DNA of 64,000 nucleotides from Candidatus Caccovivens sp. (GCA_045650745.1 JAZRRN010000041.1:17507-81506), one strand, 5' to 3'; positions 1-9,579 are shown, numbered from the stretch's first letter. The notes: generated from the letters alone by a model not told the origin. Translations and numbers: made by a program.

Positions 1-634
1 CATCAACTTCAAACAAAGTTTCGTGCCACTTGTTTTTGTCATCTTCATCAGCATTTTCTGGGTTGATGCAAATTGTGTGACAACCAGCCAAGTGCGCCCA
101 CTTGTCATTTGCTCCATTTCCAACAAAATACAAATCGTCCACCTTGCACCCTGTGCTTTCTTTGTATTCCAAAATAAATTTCGCTTTGCCTTCAAAGTCA
201 TAACTTGTGCCTTTGATAAATGTCAACTTGTTTTCGTCGTCAAAAAACATATCGTTTGCCCTGATTGCAGAAAAATATCTAACATTTTCGCCAAGCACTT
301 TTTCAATGACATCTGTGATGTTTCCACTGACAATAAAAAGTTGAAAACCATTTTGTTTGAGAGTCTCGAAAGTTTCTTTTGCACCTGACAACAACTCCAC
401 TTTTGAAGCAATTTGATTTAGCACATCAATCGTCATGCCTTTGTTTTTAAATGCCTCACAGGTGAGATCACACCATTGTTGATGCGTTATTCTATTTGCC
501 AAAAAGTCATTAAAAAGTTGTCTATAATATGACCCTTCGCTTATGTCATAATCAAACATTTGCCAAATTGATTTCCACACATTTGCTCTTCTGTGTGTCA
601 AAGTTCCGTCAAAATCAAAAAATACAGCTTTCAT
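1..634 (-). CDS. HAD-superfamily hydrolase (HAD-IB / phosphoserine-phosphatase-like), C-terminal end cut by window edge
   Basis: Absent from the ORF track because it runs off the edge. Hand translation from ATG 634 gives MKAVFFDFDGTLTHRRANVWKSIW...LFIVSGNITDV...YFVGNGANDKW (HAD motifs DxDGT and GNGxND). SD GGAGAA lies upstream. Confidence 0.75.
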   Translation of the reverse strand, partial: MKAVFFDFDGTLTHRRANVWKSIWQMFDYDISEGSYYRQLFNDFLANRITHQQWCDLTCEAFKNKGMTIDVLNQIASKVELLSGAKETFETLKQNGFQLFIVSGNITDVIEKVLGENVRYFSAIRANDMFFDDENKLTFIKGTSYDFEGKAKFILEYKESTGCKVDDLYFVGNGANDKWAHLAGCHTICINPENADEDDKNKWHETLFEVD

Positions 635-646
635 ATCTTTCTCCAT

Positions 647-1948
647 TTATTCAATCGAAATCCCATTGTCATCATCAACTTCTATATCTTCTTGCAACTC
701 TGCAACTGACGCCTTTTCCATTGCCTTTCTTTTTGCCTGCATCTTCTCGTAGAACAACAACAAAATTGAAGTTGCAGAATAAAGCACAACAAACACAACA
801 AATCCAACCTGCAATACGGTTGTGTTTTTTAGACTTCCAAACAAAATGACAAGACCAAACGCCACAATCTTGACTATTTGAAAGATTGTTTCAACAACAC
901 ATTGATGCTCGGCAATGTCTTGATAATATCCTGCCTCTTTTAGATTTTTGTTGCGATAAATATCCAAAATTGTTGCATTGACAACATCTGCAATTGTGAT
1001 GAGTGCATAATAGGCAACAAGCGTTGCTTTTGTTGGCAAAGACATAAACAGTGTCGCTCCCACAAGTGGCATTGTTGTACCCAAAACAAACATCCACGCA
1101 CGCTTGCCCGGTCTTGTAAACCTTGTCACCAAAATCAAAATCACGACTGCAACGAGCGAACAAATTGATGTGATTGCCCCAAGCGAAAAACTTGATCCAA
1201 AATGAATCATAATGTTGATGTTGAGCATCATTGACAAAATCGAAGTGAGCCCATAGAAGAAACAAATCACATACACAAAAGTCATACGCTTTTTGAAAAG
1301 TGGATCTTCTTTGAGTTTCTTTAAGTATTGGATTGGATGAAAACCACTGTCAGCTGGTCTTTTTGCTTTGATCAAAAATGTAAGCACAAACAAAAGCACA
1401 CTCAATCCCAAAACAAAAAATGCAACCAATTTGAAGTCAGCGACTTTGATCATCGCACCAATCACAATAGGAAAAACAACATTGACAACTCTAGAAAGCA
1501 CCGAAAGCACAATCGCCATTTTTGCCATTTGTTTTCTGCTTACCATTTCTTGCTTCAAGACATTGTAACTTGAATAATAAGCGCCAAAGCCAAGTCCGTT
1601 GAGAGCACCGGCAAGCACAACAAGTTCTGCCAGGTTTTCACCATAAAAAATTGTGATGATCACCAACGCTGTCGAAAAGATGTTTGCAATTCGATAACAC
1701 CAAATTCTGTTTGACTTGTCCACCCAAAGTGAAAAGAGCGAATATGTCAACATCATCGCCGCATAAGTCATCAATTGATAAAGACCTACATTGACTGCAT
1801 AAGTAAAAATGTCAGGTGTGTAGATATGTGCCACCAAAAATGTCGACAAAAACAATTTGACAATCGAGTGAATCGAATGGCAAGTGCTAAGACATATTGT
1901 CGAGCGAGTATCTTTTTTGCTTGTGCTTATGTCGTAAGTGTAAGTCAT
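647..1948 (-). CDS. MFS-type membrane transporter, paralog A
   Basis: 433-aa ORF with about 12 hydrophobic spans. The loop WVDKSNRIWCYR resembles the MFS TM2-TM3 loop. SD GGAG precedes ATG 1948. Long stretches align residue for residue with the neighbour at 2061-3389. Confidence 0.6.
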   Translation of the reverse strand: MTYTYDISTSKKDTRSTICLSTCHSIHSIVKLFLSTFLVAHIYTPDIFTYAVNVGLYQLMTYAAMMLTYSLFSLWVDKSNRIWCYRIANIFSTALVIITIFYGENLAELVVLAGALNGLGFGAYYSSYNVLKQEMVSRKQMAKMAIVLSVLSRVVNVVFPIVIGAMIKVADFKLVAFFVLGLSVLLFVLTFLIKAKRPADSGFHPIQYLKKLKEDPLFKKRMTFVYVICFFYGLTSILSMMLNINIMIHFGSSFSLGAITSICSLVAVVILILVTRFTRPGKRAWMFVLGTTMPLVGATLFMSLPTKATLVAYYALITIADVVNATILDIYRNKNLKEAGYYQDIAEHQCVVETIFQIVKIVAFGLVILFGSLKNTTVLQVGFVVFVVLYSATSILLLFYEKMQAKRKAMEKASVAELQEDIEVDDDNGISIE

Positions 1949-2010
1949 AAAATCTCCGTGTTTTTAGTATATCAAACAAATCGTTCAATCTGCAACCAAT
2001 CTGCTTTGCA

Positions 2011-2043
2011 AAAACAAAAAAACACGAAAAAATCGTGTTTTTG
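2011..2043 (-). terminator. Rho-independent terminator after MFS paralog B
   Basis: Hairpin ACACGA-N5-TCGTGT flanked by an A-run and a T-run, 18 nt past the stop at 2061. Confidence 0.6.
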
Positions 2044-2060
2044 TTGAAATTTTGCAGTTT

Positions 2061-3389
2061 TTATTTTGCAAGTTTTTTGCATTGTTTGTTGTATCTATCA
2101 ACTCTGCCAGCCCACTTGTGCGAAACAATCTTTTCCATTTTTTCCTTCTGTTTTGCTTCGGCGTCTTTTCTTTCGTAAATCATAAGCAAAACTGATGTCA
2201 TGCTGTAAATGGCAACAAACAAAACAAATCCAATGTCAAGCAAGAGTTTGCTTTTGCTTGCACCCATGCCTATCAAGAGCCCAAACGAAATGCATCTCAC
2301 CACACCAAAGATGCTTTCAACAATGCATTGGTGTTCGGCAATGCCCTGATAAAGTCCTGCCTCTTTAAGATTTTTGTTTCGATAAATATCCAAAATTGTT
2401 GCATTTGTTGAATCTCCAACTGCTATGCACACATTGTATGCAATCAATGTATACATGTTTGGCAGAGCTATAAACAACACAACTCCCAAAATTGGCAACA
2501 TTGCAGCCAAGACAAACAACCAAATTCGTTTGCCACATTTTGTAAATCTTCCAATCAACAAAAGCAAAATGATTGAAAGTCCAGAGCATACACTTGTCAC
2601 AATACCAAGACTGAATGTCGAGCCAAGCCCTTTCATGCTCATAATATTCATAGTCAAAAGCATTGAAAGCACTGATGTAAAACCATAGAAGCAACAAATT
2701 ATGTAAATAAATTTTATCTTTTTTGCAACTTTTGGTCTTGCTTTCAAATCACCGATATATTCTTTGATGCTAAACCCACTCTCTGCTGGTCTTTTTGCTT
2801 TGACAAAGAAAGTCACCCCAAACAAAATTGCAGACAAAACCAAAACATAAATAGCAACCTGCGAAATGCTAGAAACTGAAAGCAACGCACCAAGCACCAA
2901 TGGGAAAACAACGCTTACAATCTTTCCAATGACAGAAATGATAACTGCATAGTTGTCCATTGAATTTCTGCTCACCATTTCTTGTTTCAAAACATTGTAG
3001 CTTGCATAGTATGCACCATGAGTCAAACCGTTGAGAGCACCAGCAAGCACAACAAGTTGAGCCAACTTGTCACCCCAAAAAACGGTGATCACAACAAGTG
3101 CTGTTGAAAACAAGTTTGCCACTCGATAACACCAAATTCTGTTTGACTTGTCCACCCAAAGCGAAAACAAGAAATAAGAAATTGTCATGACAGCATAAGT
3201 CAGAATTTGATACAATCCAACTTTGATCGCATAGTCATAAATGTTGTCTGTAAGCGAATGAATATGTGCAACCAAAAAGGTTGACAAAAACAAATTGATG
3301 ATTGAATAGATCACATGACAAGCACTCAGGCTGATTGTTGAGCCGTTGTCTTTTTTGCTTGTCTTCATATCATAAGTAAATCCAGCCAT
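2061..3389 (-). CDS. MFS-type membrane transporter, paralog B
   Basis: The ORF track starts at 3419. I prefer ATG 3389 (MAGFTYDMKTSKK...), which is preceded by GGAGAAGGA and matches the paralog A N-terminus MTYTYDISTSKK. Confidence 0.6.
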   Translation of the reverse strand: MAGFTYDMKTSKKDNGSTISLSACHVIYSIINLFLSTFLVAHIHSLTDNIYDYAIKVGLYQILTYAVMTISYFLFSLWVDKSNRIWCYRVANLFSTALVVITVFWGDKLAQLVVLAGALNGLTHGAYYASYNVLKQEMVSRNSMDNYAVIISVIGKIVSVVFPLVLGALLSVSSISQVAIYVLVLSAILFGVTFFVKAKRPAESGFSIKEYIGDLKARPKVAKKIKFIYIICCFYGFTSVLSMLLTMNIMSMKGLGSTFSLGIVTSVCSGLSIILLLLIGRFTKCGKRIWLFVLAAMLPILGVVLFIALPNMYTLIAYNVCIAVGDSTNATILDIYRNKNLKEAGLYQGIAEHQCIVESIFGVVRCISFGLLIGMGASKSKLLLDIGFVLFVAIYSMTSVLLMIYERKDAEAKQKEKMEKIVSHKWAGRVDRYNKQCKKLAK

Positions 3390-3482
3390 TTTCCTTCTCC
3401 ACTCCACAAAGTATAGCAAATAAAATTTGCAAAACCAAACAAAAACAAAAAGAAAAAGGCATTTTTGCGACCTTTTTCTCTT

Positions 3483-4121
3483 TTAATCTTTCAAAATTGT
3501 TTTTATGTCGCAAATTGCCTTGTCCTGATTGAATCTTCCGTTTCCAACTGGATAAAAAACAGCATACCCTTCTGCAAGTTTTTCATTCAAATTCAAATCA
3601 AATTTTTTGCATCTTGCCAACGAAACCGAAATCTTTTCTCCAAGCATAATTGATGCAACTTGGTTTCCAAACAACAAAACTTTTTGTGGGGCAACCAAGG
3701 CGAGTTCTTGCTTCAACAAATCACTGTATTGCAAAAAGATGTCGTCAGGAAGAGGTCTTGCATCATCTTGCGAGCACTTTGCAAGATTTGTTATCCAAAC
3801 ACCTCTGCTTGCAACAGCATCATAAACCTTTTCGCAAAACTCTTCGCTCCACTGACAAGGTTTTTTGCTCTGAATTGCTTGGTTGAGTTTCTCATCAAAC
3901 AAATTGCATTTTGTCAAAAACTGCCAAATCTGTTTCGTGCCCAACCACTGTGCTTTCAACCCTTTCCAACTTTTGTCTGTGGCAATGTTTCGCTTGGTTG
4001 GATTCATAAAAACAAGTGCGACTTTTGCATTTTTTCTGCAACCTGCACCATACACCGAATTTAATTGCTTTGATCCATATTTGTCTTGCAACTGATCATA
4101 CTTTTTGTTTATCTTTTCCAT
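3483..4121 (-). CDS. Uracil-DNA glycosylase superfamily protein (family unresolved, SMUG/MUG-like motif)
   Basis: 212 aa. LVFMNPT resembles the G(M/I)NPG motif, ITNLAKCS resembles the N-x-x-KC segment of UDG families, and there is a C-terminal FYPVGNGRF. Weak motif-level call only. Confidence 0.45.
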   Translation of the reverse strand: MEKINKKYDQLQDKYGSKQLNSVYGAGCRKNAKVALVFMNPTKRNIATDKSWKGLKAQWLGTKQIWQFLTKCNLFDEKLNQAIQSKKPCQWSEEFCEKVYDAVASRGVWITNLAKCSQDDARPLPDDIFLQYSDLLKQELALVAPQKVLLFGNQVASIMLGEKISVSLARCKKFDLNLNEKLAEGYAVFYPVGNGRFNQDKAICDIKTILKD

Positions 4122-4127
4122 AATTTG

Positions 4128-4138
4128 ATTATATCACA
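4128..4138 (-). promoter_or_regulatory. Extended -10 (TGTGATATAAT) placed 6 nt from the ATG: leaderless-mRNA candidate
   Basis: Minus strand reads TGTGATATAAT-caaatt-ATG(4121). There is no SD between promoter and start. Confidence 0.5.
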
Positions 4139-4240
4139 TTTCCACTTTTACACAAATCAATTAAATTGTTTTTTCTTCTGCCTTTTTGTTTTTGATAATG
4201 ATTTTTGTGTGTTATAATTCAATCAACGGAGGATAGTTTC

Positions 4241-7200
4241 GTGGATCACAATCTTTACAAAGAACTTTACATAAAAAGAAGACGACTCAAATTTCAAAAT
4301 CGCACACCTGATGGCAAGTTGCCAAACATCTGCTCTGACACTGCGCTTGAAGACATGGCAAAATATGCACCAAAGAAAAAGGAAGAACTGCTCAACATTT
4401 CAGGATTGGGACAAGTTTTTGTGGATAAGTATGGCGATGATTTTATGCAAGTGCTTAATGTTTATCACAAATCAAAACAAAATTTCGAAAATTTGGACAG
4501 CGAAGTCAGACAAACCTTACAGTTTTTGGAACAACGCCTTGTAAACATCAGCAGAAAAAACAGATTGCTTTATCTTGGAAAGTTGTCAAACAGCCACTCT
4601 TTTGATTTGTTTGATGACCAAGCTTTCAACGAAAACTTGCTCAACTTGATTTATGGCAAAAAGAAAGACCTTGTTTTGTGCAGCTTGTCTGCAAAAAATG
4701 CAAAACTTGATGCCGACAAAATCAAATACAAAAAACTTTCAACTTTGCATAGAGAAGTTGTCAAGGATTTCAGAGAACACGGAGATTATGGCTTGTATGT
4801 CGGTTATCCTTTTGTGATTGGAAAATCAACAACCGAAGATTTCTTGGTAAGAGCACCTTTGTGTCTTTTCCCTGCTGTGATCCAACGCACCCCAAAAGAA
4901 ATCAAACTGACAATCGACAAAAGCAAAGACATTCTTTTCAACAACAACCTTGTTTTGCTTCAAAACAAACTCAGCAGTCAAAATATTGATTTGCCAAACA
5001 ATGTTGTTGACAAACTCTCAGACGATGTCTGCTTGCAAGCAATCGAATTTTTCAAACAAAACTCAATCGCAATTGACAATGCAAAATCATCTGCGCTTGC
5101 ACAATTTGAAGAATACACCCTCGAAAGTTTTCCAAAGTTTGACAGTGGCGAATTTCAGCTTGTTCAAAATGCTGTGCTTGGCAAATTTTCAATGTATGAC
5201 ACATCAATCCAAAGAGATTATCGCAGACTGATTGAAAGCGAAAAAATCCCTACTCTTGTTGACGACTTGCTCAAACAACAACACGGCACTGATTTTTATT
5301 TAGATGCCGAAGACACACCAACTTTTGACCACTCTTTGACAGAATTTGCAGAAGAGCAAATCAATTACATCAATTCGCTCAACGCATCACAAGAAAATGC
5401 TGTTGTTCAACTCGAACAAAACGATTCTCTTGTCATTCAAGGCCCACCAGGGACAGGAAAATCACAAACAATCACAAGCATTATTGCCGACGCTTGTCTA
5501 AAAGAAAAGACTGTGCTGATGGTTTCGCAAAAGAAAGCAGCTCTTGATGTCATTTATTCAAGACTTGGCAATCTTTCAAAATATGCTCTTTTTGTTGACA
5601 ACGCCAAAAACAAAGAATCGTTTTTCACCCAACTTCAAAACATGACTTTGCTTGAAGATGCAATTCGTTTTGACAATCGAAAACTTGACGGCACAAACCG
5701 TATGATTGATGCCGACATCAATCGTTTTAAACGACTTGACAGTTGCTTGTATCAAGAAAACGAAACCGGCACTTCAATGTGCAACATCTATCAACAAAAC
5801 CTTGCTTGCAGACAGACAGTTGACGAATTTTTGTTTGCTCAAAACATCAACTCAAAATTGCTTAAACTTAAATATGACCAGCTTTCTGCACTCAAGAAAA
5901 CTTTGCAAGAAAACACACTCACACAAACCTGTCTTGATTTTTGTCAACTTGCAGAAGAATATCCTTGGTTTGAACAAATCGACCAAAACTTGGACACAAT
6001 GCAAATCATTGCAATAAAAAGCCAACTTGCAACTTTGCAAGAGCAACAAACAAAACTTGACAGCAAAGGTGCTTTTTCAAAATTGTTTGCAGGTGGAAAA
6101 GTAAAAAAACAATTGCAAAAAATCGCATCAACATTGATAAAAGATGAAAAAATTTGCAAACAAATAAGCAAAAATGCCGATATTTTGTCAAACGGCTTTC
6201 AAAAATTGGACAATTATTACAAATGCAAAAACATCTATCAAACTTTGTCAGAAAACGAAAAAATGCTTGTTGATGCAATTTTCAACATAAACAAAACTTT
6301 GAAAGTTGAACCACAAACACTCCTTCAACAAATTTTTGATTTCATTGTTTTTGCACAAATCAAAGATTTTGAAAGAAAAAATTCTGCAACCCTTCTCGAG
6401 GTTGACAAATTTGACAAAACGCTTGCATCAATCAACACAAACTTTGATGTAAAAATGGAAGAAGTCAAAGAAAAAACTGCTCGCAAACTTATGGCTTACT
6501 TTGCCGAATATGTTTCATCTTCAAAACGCTACAACGAGTTTAAGCGAAATGTTGACAGCAAACGCAAACCAAGCATAAACAAATTTGTCGCAAAATTCAG
6601 TTTCGAACTTTCAAAAGGCATAAGAATTTGGCTTATGACACCTGAAACAGTTTCTGAAATCTTTCCATTGTTTAGCGATATGTTTGATTTGTTGATTTTT
6701 GATGAAGCATCACAAATTTATGTAGAAAAAGCAATCCCAAGCATTGCAAGATGCAAAAAAGTTGTGGTTGCTGGCGACCACAAACAACTCAGACCATCAA
6801 ACTTGGGCTTTGGAAGAATAACCGGCATCGAAGAAGACCTTGGCGAAGAGGAAGAAAACGCCGAAAATGCCGCTTTGGAAGAAGAAAGTTTGTTGGATTT
6901 GACAAGATTTAAGTATAAAGAAGTGCTTCTCAACTATCATTATCGTTCGAAATATGAAGAATTGATTTCATTTTCAAATTATGCTTTCTATAAAGGCCGT
7001 CTAAATGTGTCACCAAACACAACAAAACCAGCTTCGCCACCAATTGAAGTCATCAAAATTGAAGATGGTTTGTGGGACAAGCGAAAAAATCTTAAAGAAG
7101 CACAAGCAGTCGTTGCCCTTGTCAAAGAAAAACTTCTCTTGCAAACAAATGACACTTATGGCGTGATCACTTTCAACACAGCACAACGAGATTTGATCTT

Positions 7201-7960
7201 GGATTTGCTTGATGAAGAATGTCAAAAAGACAGCAAATTTGCTTCACTCTATTACAACGAGTGTGAAAGAAAAGAAAATGGCGAAGATCTTGGATTTTTT
7301 GTAAAAAACATTGAAAATGTCCAAGGCGATGAAAGAGATTGCATCATCTTTTCGCTTGCTTATGCAAAAAATGCAGAAGGCAAAGTGATTCACAACTTCG
7401 GTTGGCTCAATCAGGCGGGTGGCGAAAACAGACTTAATGTTGCAATTTCTCGTTCAAAGAAAAAAATCTATATTGTGACCTCTATCACTGCCGAGCAACT
7501 TTCTGTTGACAAGCTTGAAAACGAAGGACCAAAGATTTTTAAGAAATATTTGCAATATTGCAATGCAATATCATCTGGGGATTACGATTTGGCGCAAGCA
7601 GTTTTGAAATCATTTGTTGACAAAGAAGAAAAAATTGAGAAAAACATCTCAAAACAAAAACTTCATAAAGACATAATTGCAAAAATCAAATCACTTGGCT
7701 ATGATTTCGACTTGAATGTCGGCATCGGTGCTTACAAAATCGACATCGCAATCAAAGACAAAAACAACAATTATGTGCTTGGCATTGATTTTGATGACAT
7801 CATCTATCACAAATATACCAATACCCGAGAAAGAGACATTCACAGACAAAAATATCTTGAAGGCAGAGGTTGGAAAATGTATAGACTGTGGACAACCAAC
7901 TGGTGGAAAGATCAAACAAAAGAACTTTCTCACATCAAATCTCTTTTGCCAACACAATAA
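4241..7960 (+). CDS. HRDC-like domain + Upf1/DNA2-type SF1 helicase + C-terminal restriction-endonuclease-like (DUF559/Vsr-type) domain protein
   Basis: The N-terminus LPNICSDTALEDMAKYAPKKKEELLNISGLGQVFVDKYGDDF is HRDC-like. Helicase motifs present: Walker A GPPGTGKSQ (5441-5464), LIFDEASQ, VVAGDHKQLRP, YHYRS, VQGDERDCIIFS and RLNVAISRSK. The C-terminus YKIDIAIKD...LGIDFDD...RERDIHRQKYLEGRGWKMYRLW is REase-like. Start moved to GTG 4241, 7 nt after GGAGGA; the ORF track uses TTG 4205. Confidence 0.75.
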   Translation: MDHNLYKELYIKRRRLKFQNRTPDGKLPNICSDTALEDMAKYAPKKKEELLNISGLGQVFVDKYGDDFMQVLNVYHKSKQNFENLDSEVRQTLQFLEQRLVNISRKNRLLYLGKLSNSHSFDLFDDQAFNENLLNLIYGKKKDLVLCSLSAKNAKLDADKIKYKKLSTLHREVVKDFREHGDYGLYVGYPFVIGKSTTEDFLVRAPLCLFPAVIQRTPKEIKLTIDKSKDILFNNNLVLLQNKLSSQNIDLPNNVVDKLSDDVCLQAIEFFKQNSIAIDNAKSSALAQFEEYTLESFPKFDSGEFQLVQNAVLGKFSMYDTSIQRDYRRLIESEKIPTLVDDLLKQQHGTDFYLDAEDTPTFDHSLTEFAEEQINYINSLNASQENAVVQLEQNDSLVIQGPPGTGKSQTITSIIADACLKEKTVLMVSQKKAALDVIYSRLGNLSKYALFVDNAKNKESFFTQLQNMTLLEDAIRFDNRKLDGTNRMIDADINRFKRLDSCLYQENETGTSMCNIYQQNLACRQTVDEFLFAQNINSKLLKLKYDQLSALKKTLQENTLTQTCLDFCQLAEEYPWFEQIDQNLDTMQIIAIKSQLATLQEQQTKLDSKGAFSKLFAGGKVKKQLQKIASTLIKDEKICKQISKNADILSNGFQKLDNYYKCKNIYQTLSENEKMLVDAIFNINKTLKVEPQTLLQQIFDFIVFAQIKDFERKNSATLLEVDKFDKTLASINTNFDVKMEEVKEKTARKLMAYFAEYVSSSKRYNEFKRNVDSKRKPSINKFVAKFSFELSKGIRIWLMTPETVSEIFPLFSDMFDLLIFDEASQIYVEKAIPSIARCKKVVVAGDHKQLRPSNLGFGRITGIEEDLGEEEENAENAALEEESLLDLTRFKYKEVLLNYHYRSKYEELISFSNYAFYKGRLNVSPNTTKPASPPIEVIKIEDGLWDKRKNLKEAQAVVALVKEKLLLQTNDTYGVITFNTAQRDLILDLLDEECQKDSKFASLYYNECERKENGEDLGFFVKNIENVQGDERDCIIFSLAYAKNAEGKVIHNFGWLNQAGGENRLNVAISRSKKKIYIVTSITAEQLSVDKLENEGPKIFKKYLQYCNAISSGDYDLAQAVLKSFVDKEEKIEKNISKQKLHKDIIAKIKSLGYDFDLNVGIGAYKIDIAIKDKNNNYVLGIDFDDIIYHKYTNTRERDIHRQKYLEGRGWKMYRLWTTNWWKDQTKELSHIKSLLPTQ

Positions 7961-7969
7961 TCAAAAAAA

Positions 7970-7996
7970 CGAAGAAAACAAAATTCTTCGTTTTTT
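7970..7996 (+). terminator. Rho-independent terminator of the helicase gene
   Basis: CGAAGAA-N7-TTCTTCG followed by T6, starting 10 nt after the stop. Confidence 0.75.
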
Positions 7997-8034
7997 ATTA
8001 ATTAAATTAAAAATACTAAAAAATAATTAAAATT

Positions 8035-8097
8035 AATTAAAAATGCATTTTTATTCGATTTTTTGTTATTTTTTTTAATTAAAAATATATTTTTATT
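8035..8097. repeat. Two 21-bp near-identical AT-only repeats (AATTAAAAAT-NN-ATTTTTATT) 42 bp apart
   Basis: 8035-8055 and 8077-8097 differ only at the central dinucleotide (GC versus AT). A third AATTAAAAAT lies near 8006. The surrounding block 7997-8125 contains almost no G or C. Confidence 0.6.
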
Positions 8098-8125
8098 ATT
8101 AAACAACTATTTTTTCTAATAAATT

Positions 8126-8154
8126 TTGTTATTTGTCCGTATTTATGCTATAAT
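8126..8154 (+). promoter_or_regulatory. Sigma-A-type promoter for the HAD gene at 8184
   Basis: TTGTTA (8126-8131), 17-nt spacer, TATAAT (8149-8154). Confidence 0.55.
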
Positions 8155-8183
8155 AAAATGAAATTAAAAAAGGATAATAAATT

Positions 8184-8897
8184 ATGAAAAAAGCAATATT
8201 TTTTGATTTAGATGGCACTCTTTTGCAAATGCCACAAAAACAATTCGAACACGAATATTTCAAAAAAATAACAATCAAATTTGCAAAACTTGGATATGAT
8301 GCAGAAAAGTTTCAAAAAGCACTTTGGGCTGGCATCAATGCAATGTGGACAAATCCTGGAGAAAAAACAAATGAAGTTTTGTTTTGGGAAACCTTTGGAA
8401 AGTTTTTTGATGAAGATGTAGAAAAGTTGAAACCAATTTTTGAAGATTATTATTTCAACGAATACAACGAAATTGAAGAAATTGTGACAAAAGACAAAAA
8501 CATCAAACCAATCTTGGATTGGTGCAAACAACATTTTGAATATGTCATTTTGGCAACAAACCCATTTTTTCCAACTTTTGGCACAAACAATCGCCTTGGC
8601 TGGATTGGCTTGAGCTTGCAAGATTTTGATTATGTCACAACATACGAAAACTCTCGTTTTTCAAAACCAGACCCAAGATATTTTGAAACATTGCTCAACA
8701 AATTCAACCTCAAACCTGAAGAATGTATTATGGTTGGCAACAATCAACTTGAAGATTTTATTGTTGCAAAGCAAGTTGGCATGGACGCACTTCTTGCAGG
8801 CGAATTTATTTTGCCTTATGAAAAAGCAACTCAACCACCACAAGTCGTAAAACTTGAAAATCTTATTGCCGAACTTGAAAAGTTGAAAAACAAATAA
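8184..8897 (+). CDS. HAD-superfamily hydrolase
   Basis: MKKAIFFDLDGTLL (motif I), ILATNP, and MVGNNQLED near the C-terminus. Confidence 0.8.
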   Translation: MKKAIFFDLDGTLLQMPQKQFEHEYFKKITIKFAKLGYDAEKFQKALWAGINAMWTNPGEKTNEVLFWETFGKFFDEDVEKLKPIFEDYYFNEYNEIEEIVTKDKNIKPILDWCKQHFEYVILATNPFFPTFGTNNRLGWIGLSLQDFDYVTTYENSRFSKPDPRYFETLLNKFNLKPEECIMVGNNQLEDFIVAKQVGMDALLAGEFILPYEKATQPPQVVKLENLIAELEKLKNK

Positions 8898-8904
8898 AAC
8901 TCAA

Positions 8905-8936
8905 CAAAAAAACTGCTATTTTACAGCAGTTTTTTC
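8905..8936. terminator. Bidirectional terminator between convergent genes
   Basis: AACTGCT-N7-AGCAGTT with an A-run on one side and a T-run on the other. It overlaps the TAG stop at 8916. Confidence 0.7.
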
Positions 8937-9503
8937 TTTTTTCAAACTTGTCATAATTTGTTTTCTGAAACCATCTACATCTGTTTTGATTTGACTTTGC
9001 GCCATTTCAAGGTCTACGCCTGACAAAACTTTGACAAATGTGTCAATTTCTTTTGGTGAGAAAAATCTAGATTTTCCTTCTCTTTCGCTTGCAAGATGTT
9101 TCAAATTTTCTGGCAACTCAAAGTTGTATTTCTTCAAAATATATGCCGTAACAAAATCATAATCATCATACATTGCTTGTTTTACTTCTTGTGGTGGCCA
9201 TTTTTCCAGTTCTTCGCTGTAAACATAACGATAGAAAATGTCATCACAAATCAAATGCAAAAATTCTGCTCTGTTTTTGCTTGTAGAAAGATCATAATTT
9301 TCTGCAATCTTTACAATGTCCATTTTATATTCGAGCATTTCTTTCACCGATGTTGGTCTTTTGTTTTCGCCAAAGTGTGAGGCGATTTTGTCTTCTGCCA
9401 AATCTGGAGAAACAGATCCTTCCACAAATTGATCAACATCTTCCCCTGTGTGTTTTTGCAAATATTTGTATCCTACTGCCAAATGCATTGCCAAACAAGC
9501 CAT
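8916..9503 (-). CDS. Hypothetical protein (possibly a metal-dependent hydrolase; weak)
   Basis: 195 aa. SD GGAGG lies 7 nt before the ATG. Scattered H/D residues (MHLAVGY, SPDL, SHF) are the only hint of function. Confidence 0.6.
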   Translation of the reverse strand: MACLAMHLAVGYKYLQKHTGEDVDQFVEGSVSPDLAEDKIASHFGENKRPTSVKEMLEYKMDIVKIAENYDLSTSKNRAEFLHLICDDIFYRYVYSEELEKWPPQEVKQAMYDDYDFVTAYILKKYNFELPENLKHLASEREGKSRFFSPKEIDTFVKVLSGVDLEMAQSQIKTDVDGFRKQIMTSLKKEKTAVK

Positions 9504-9579
9504 CTCTTTGCCTCCGTATAAAAATATAATAATAAAAATTGGTTTAAAAACGCAACAAAATACAAAATTTTTTCAATTT

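Noticed and set aside
4205-4240. TTG 4205 as the helicase start.
   Set aside because: It has no SD, and the first 12 codons overlap the -10 region. GTG 4241 sits 7 nt after GGAGGA.
7997-8125. The AT-only block considered as a replication origin, CRISPR leader or CRISPR array.
   Set aside because: There is no cluster of DnaA boxes (the TGTGGATAA copies I saw lie inside genes at about 4422 and 18443). dnaA and dnaN are not nearby. There is no repeat-spacer periodicity and there are no cas genes.
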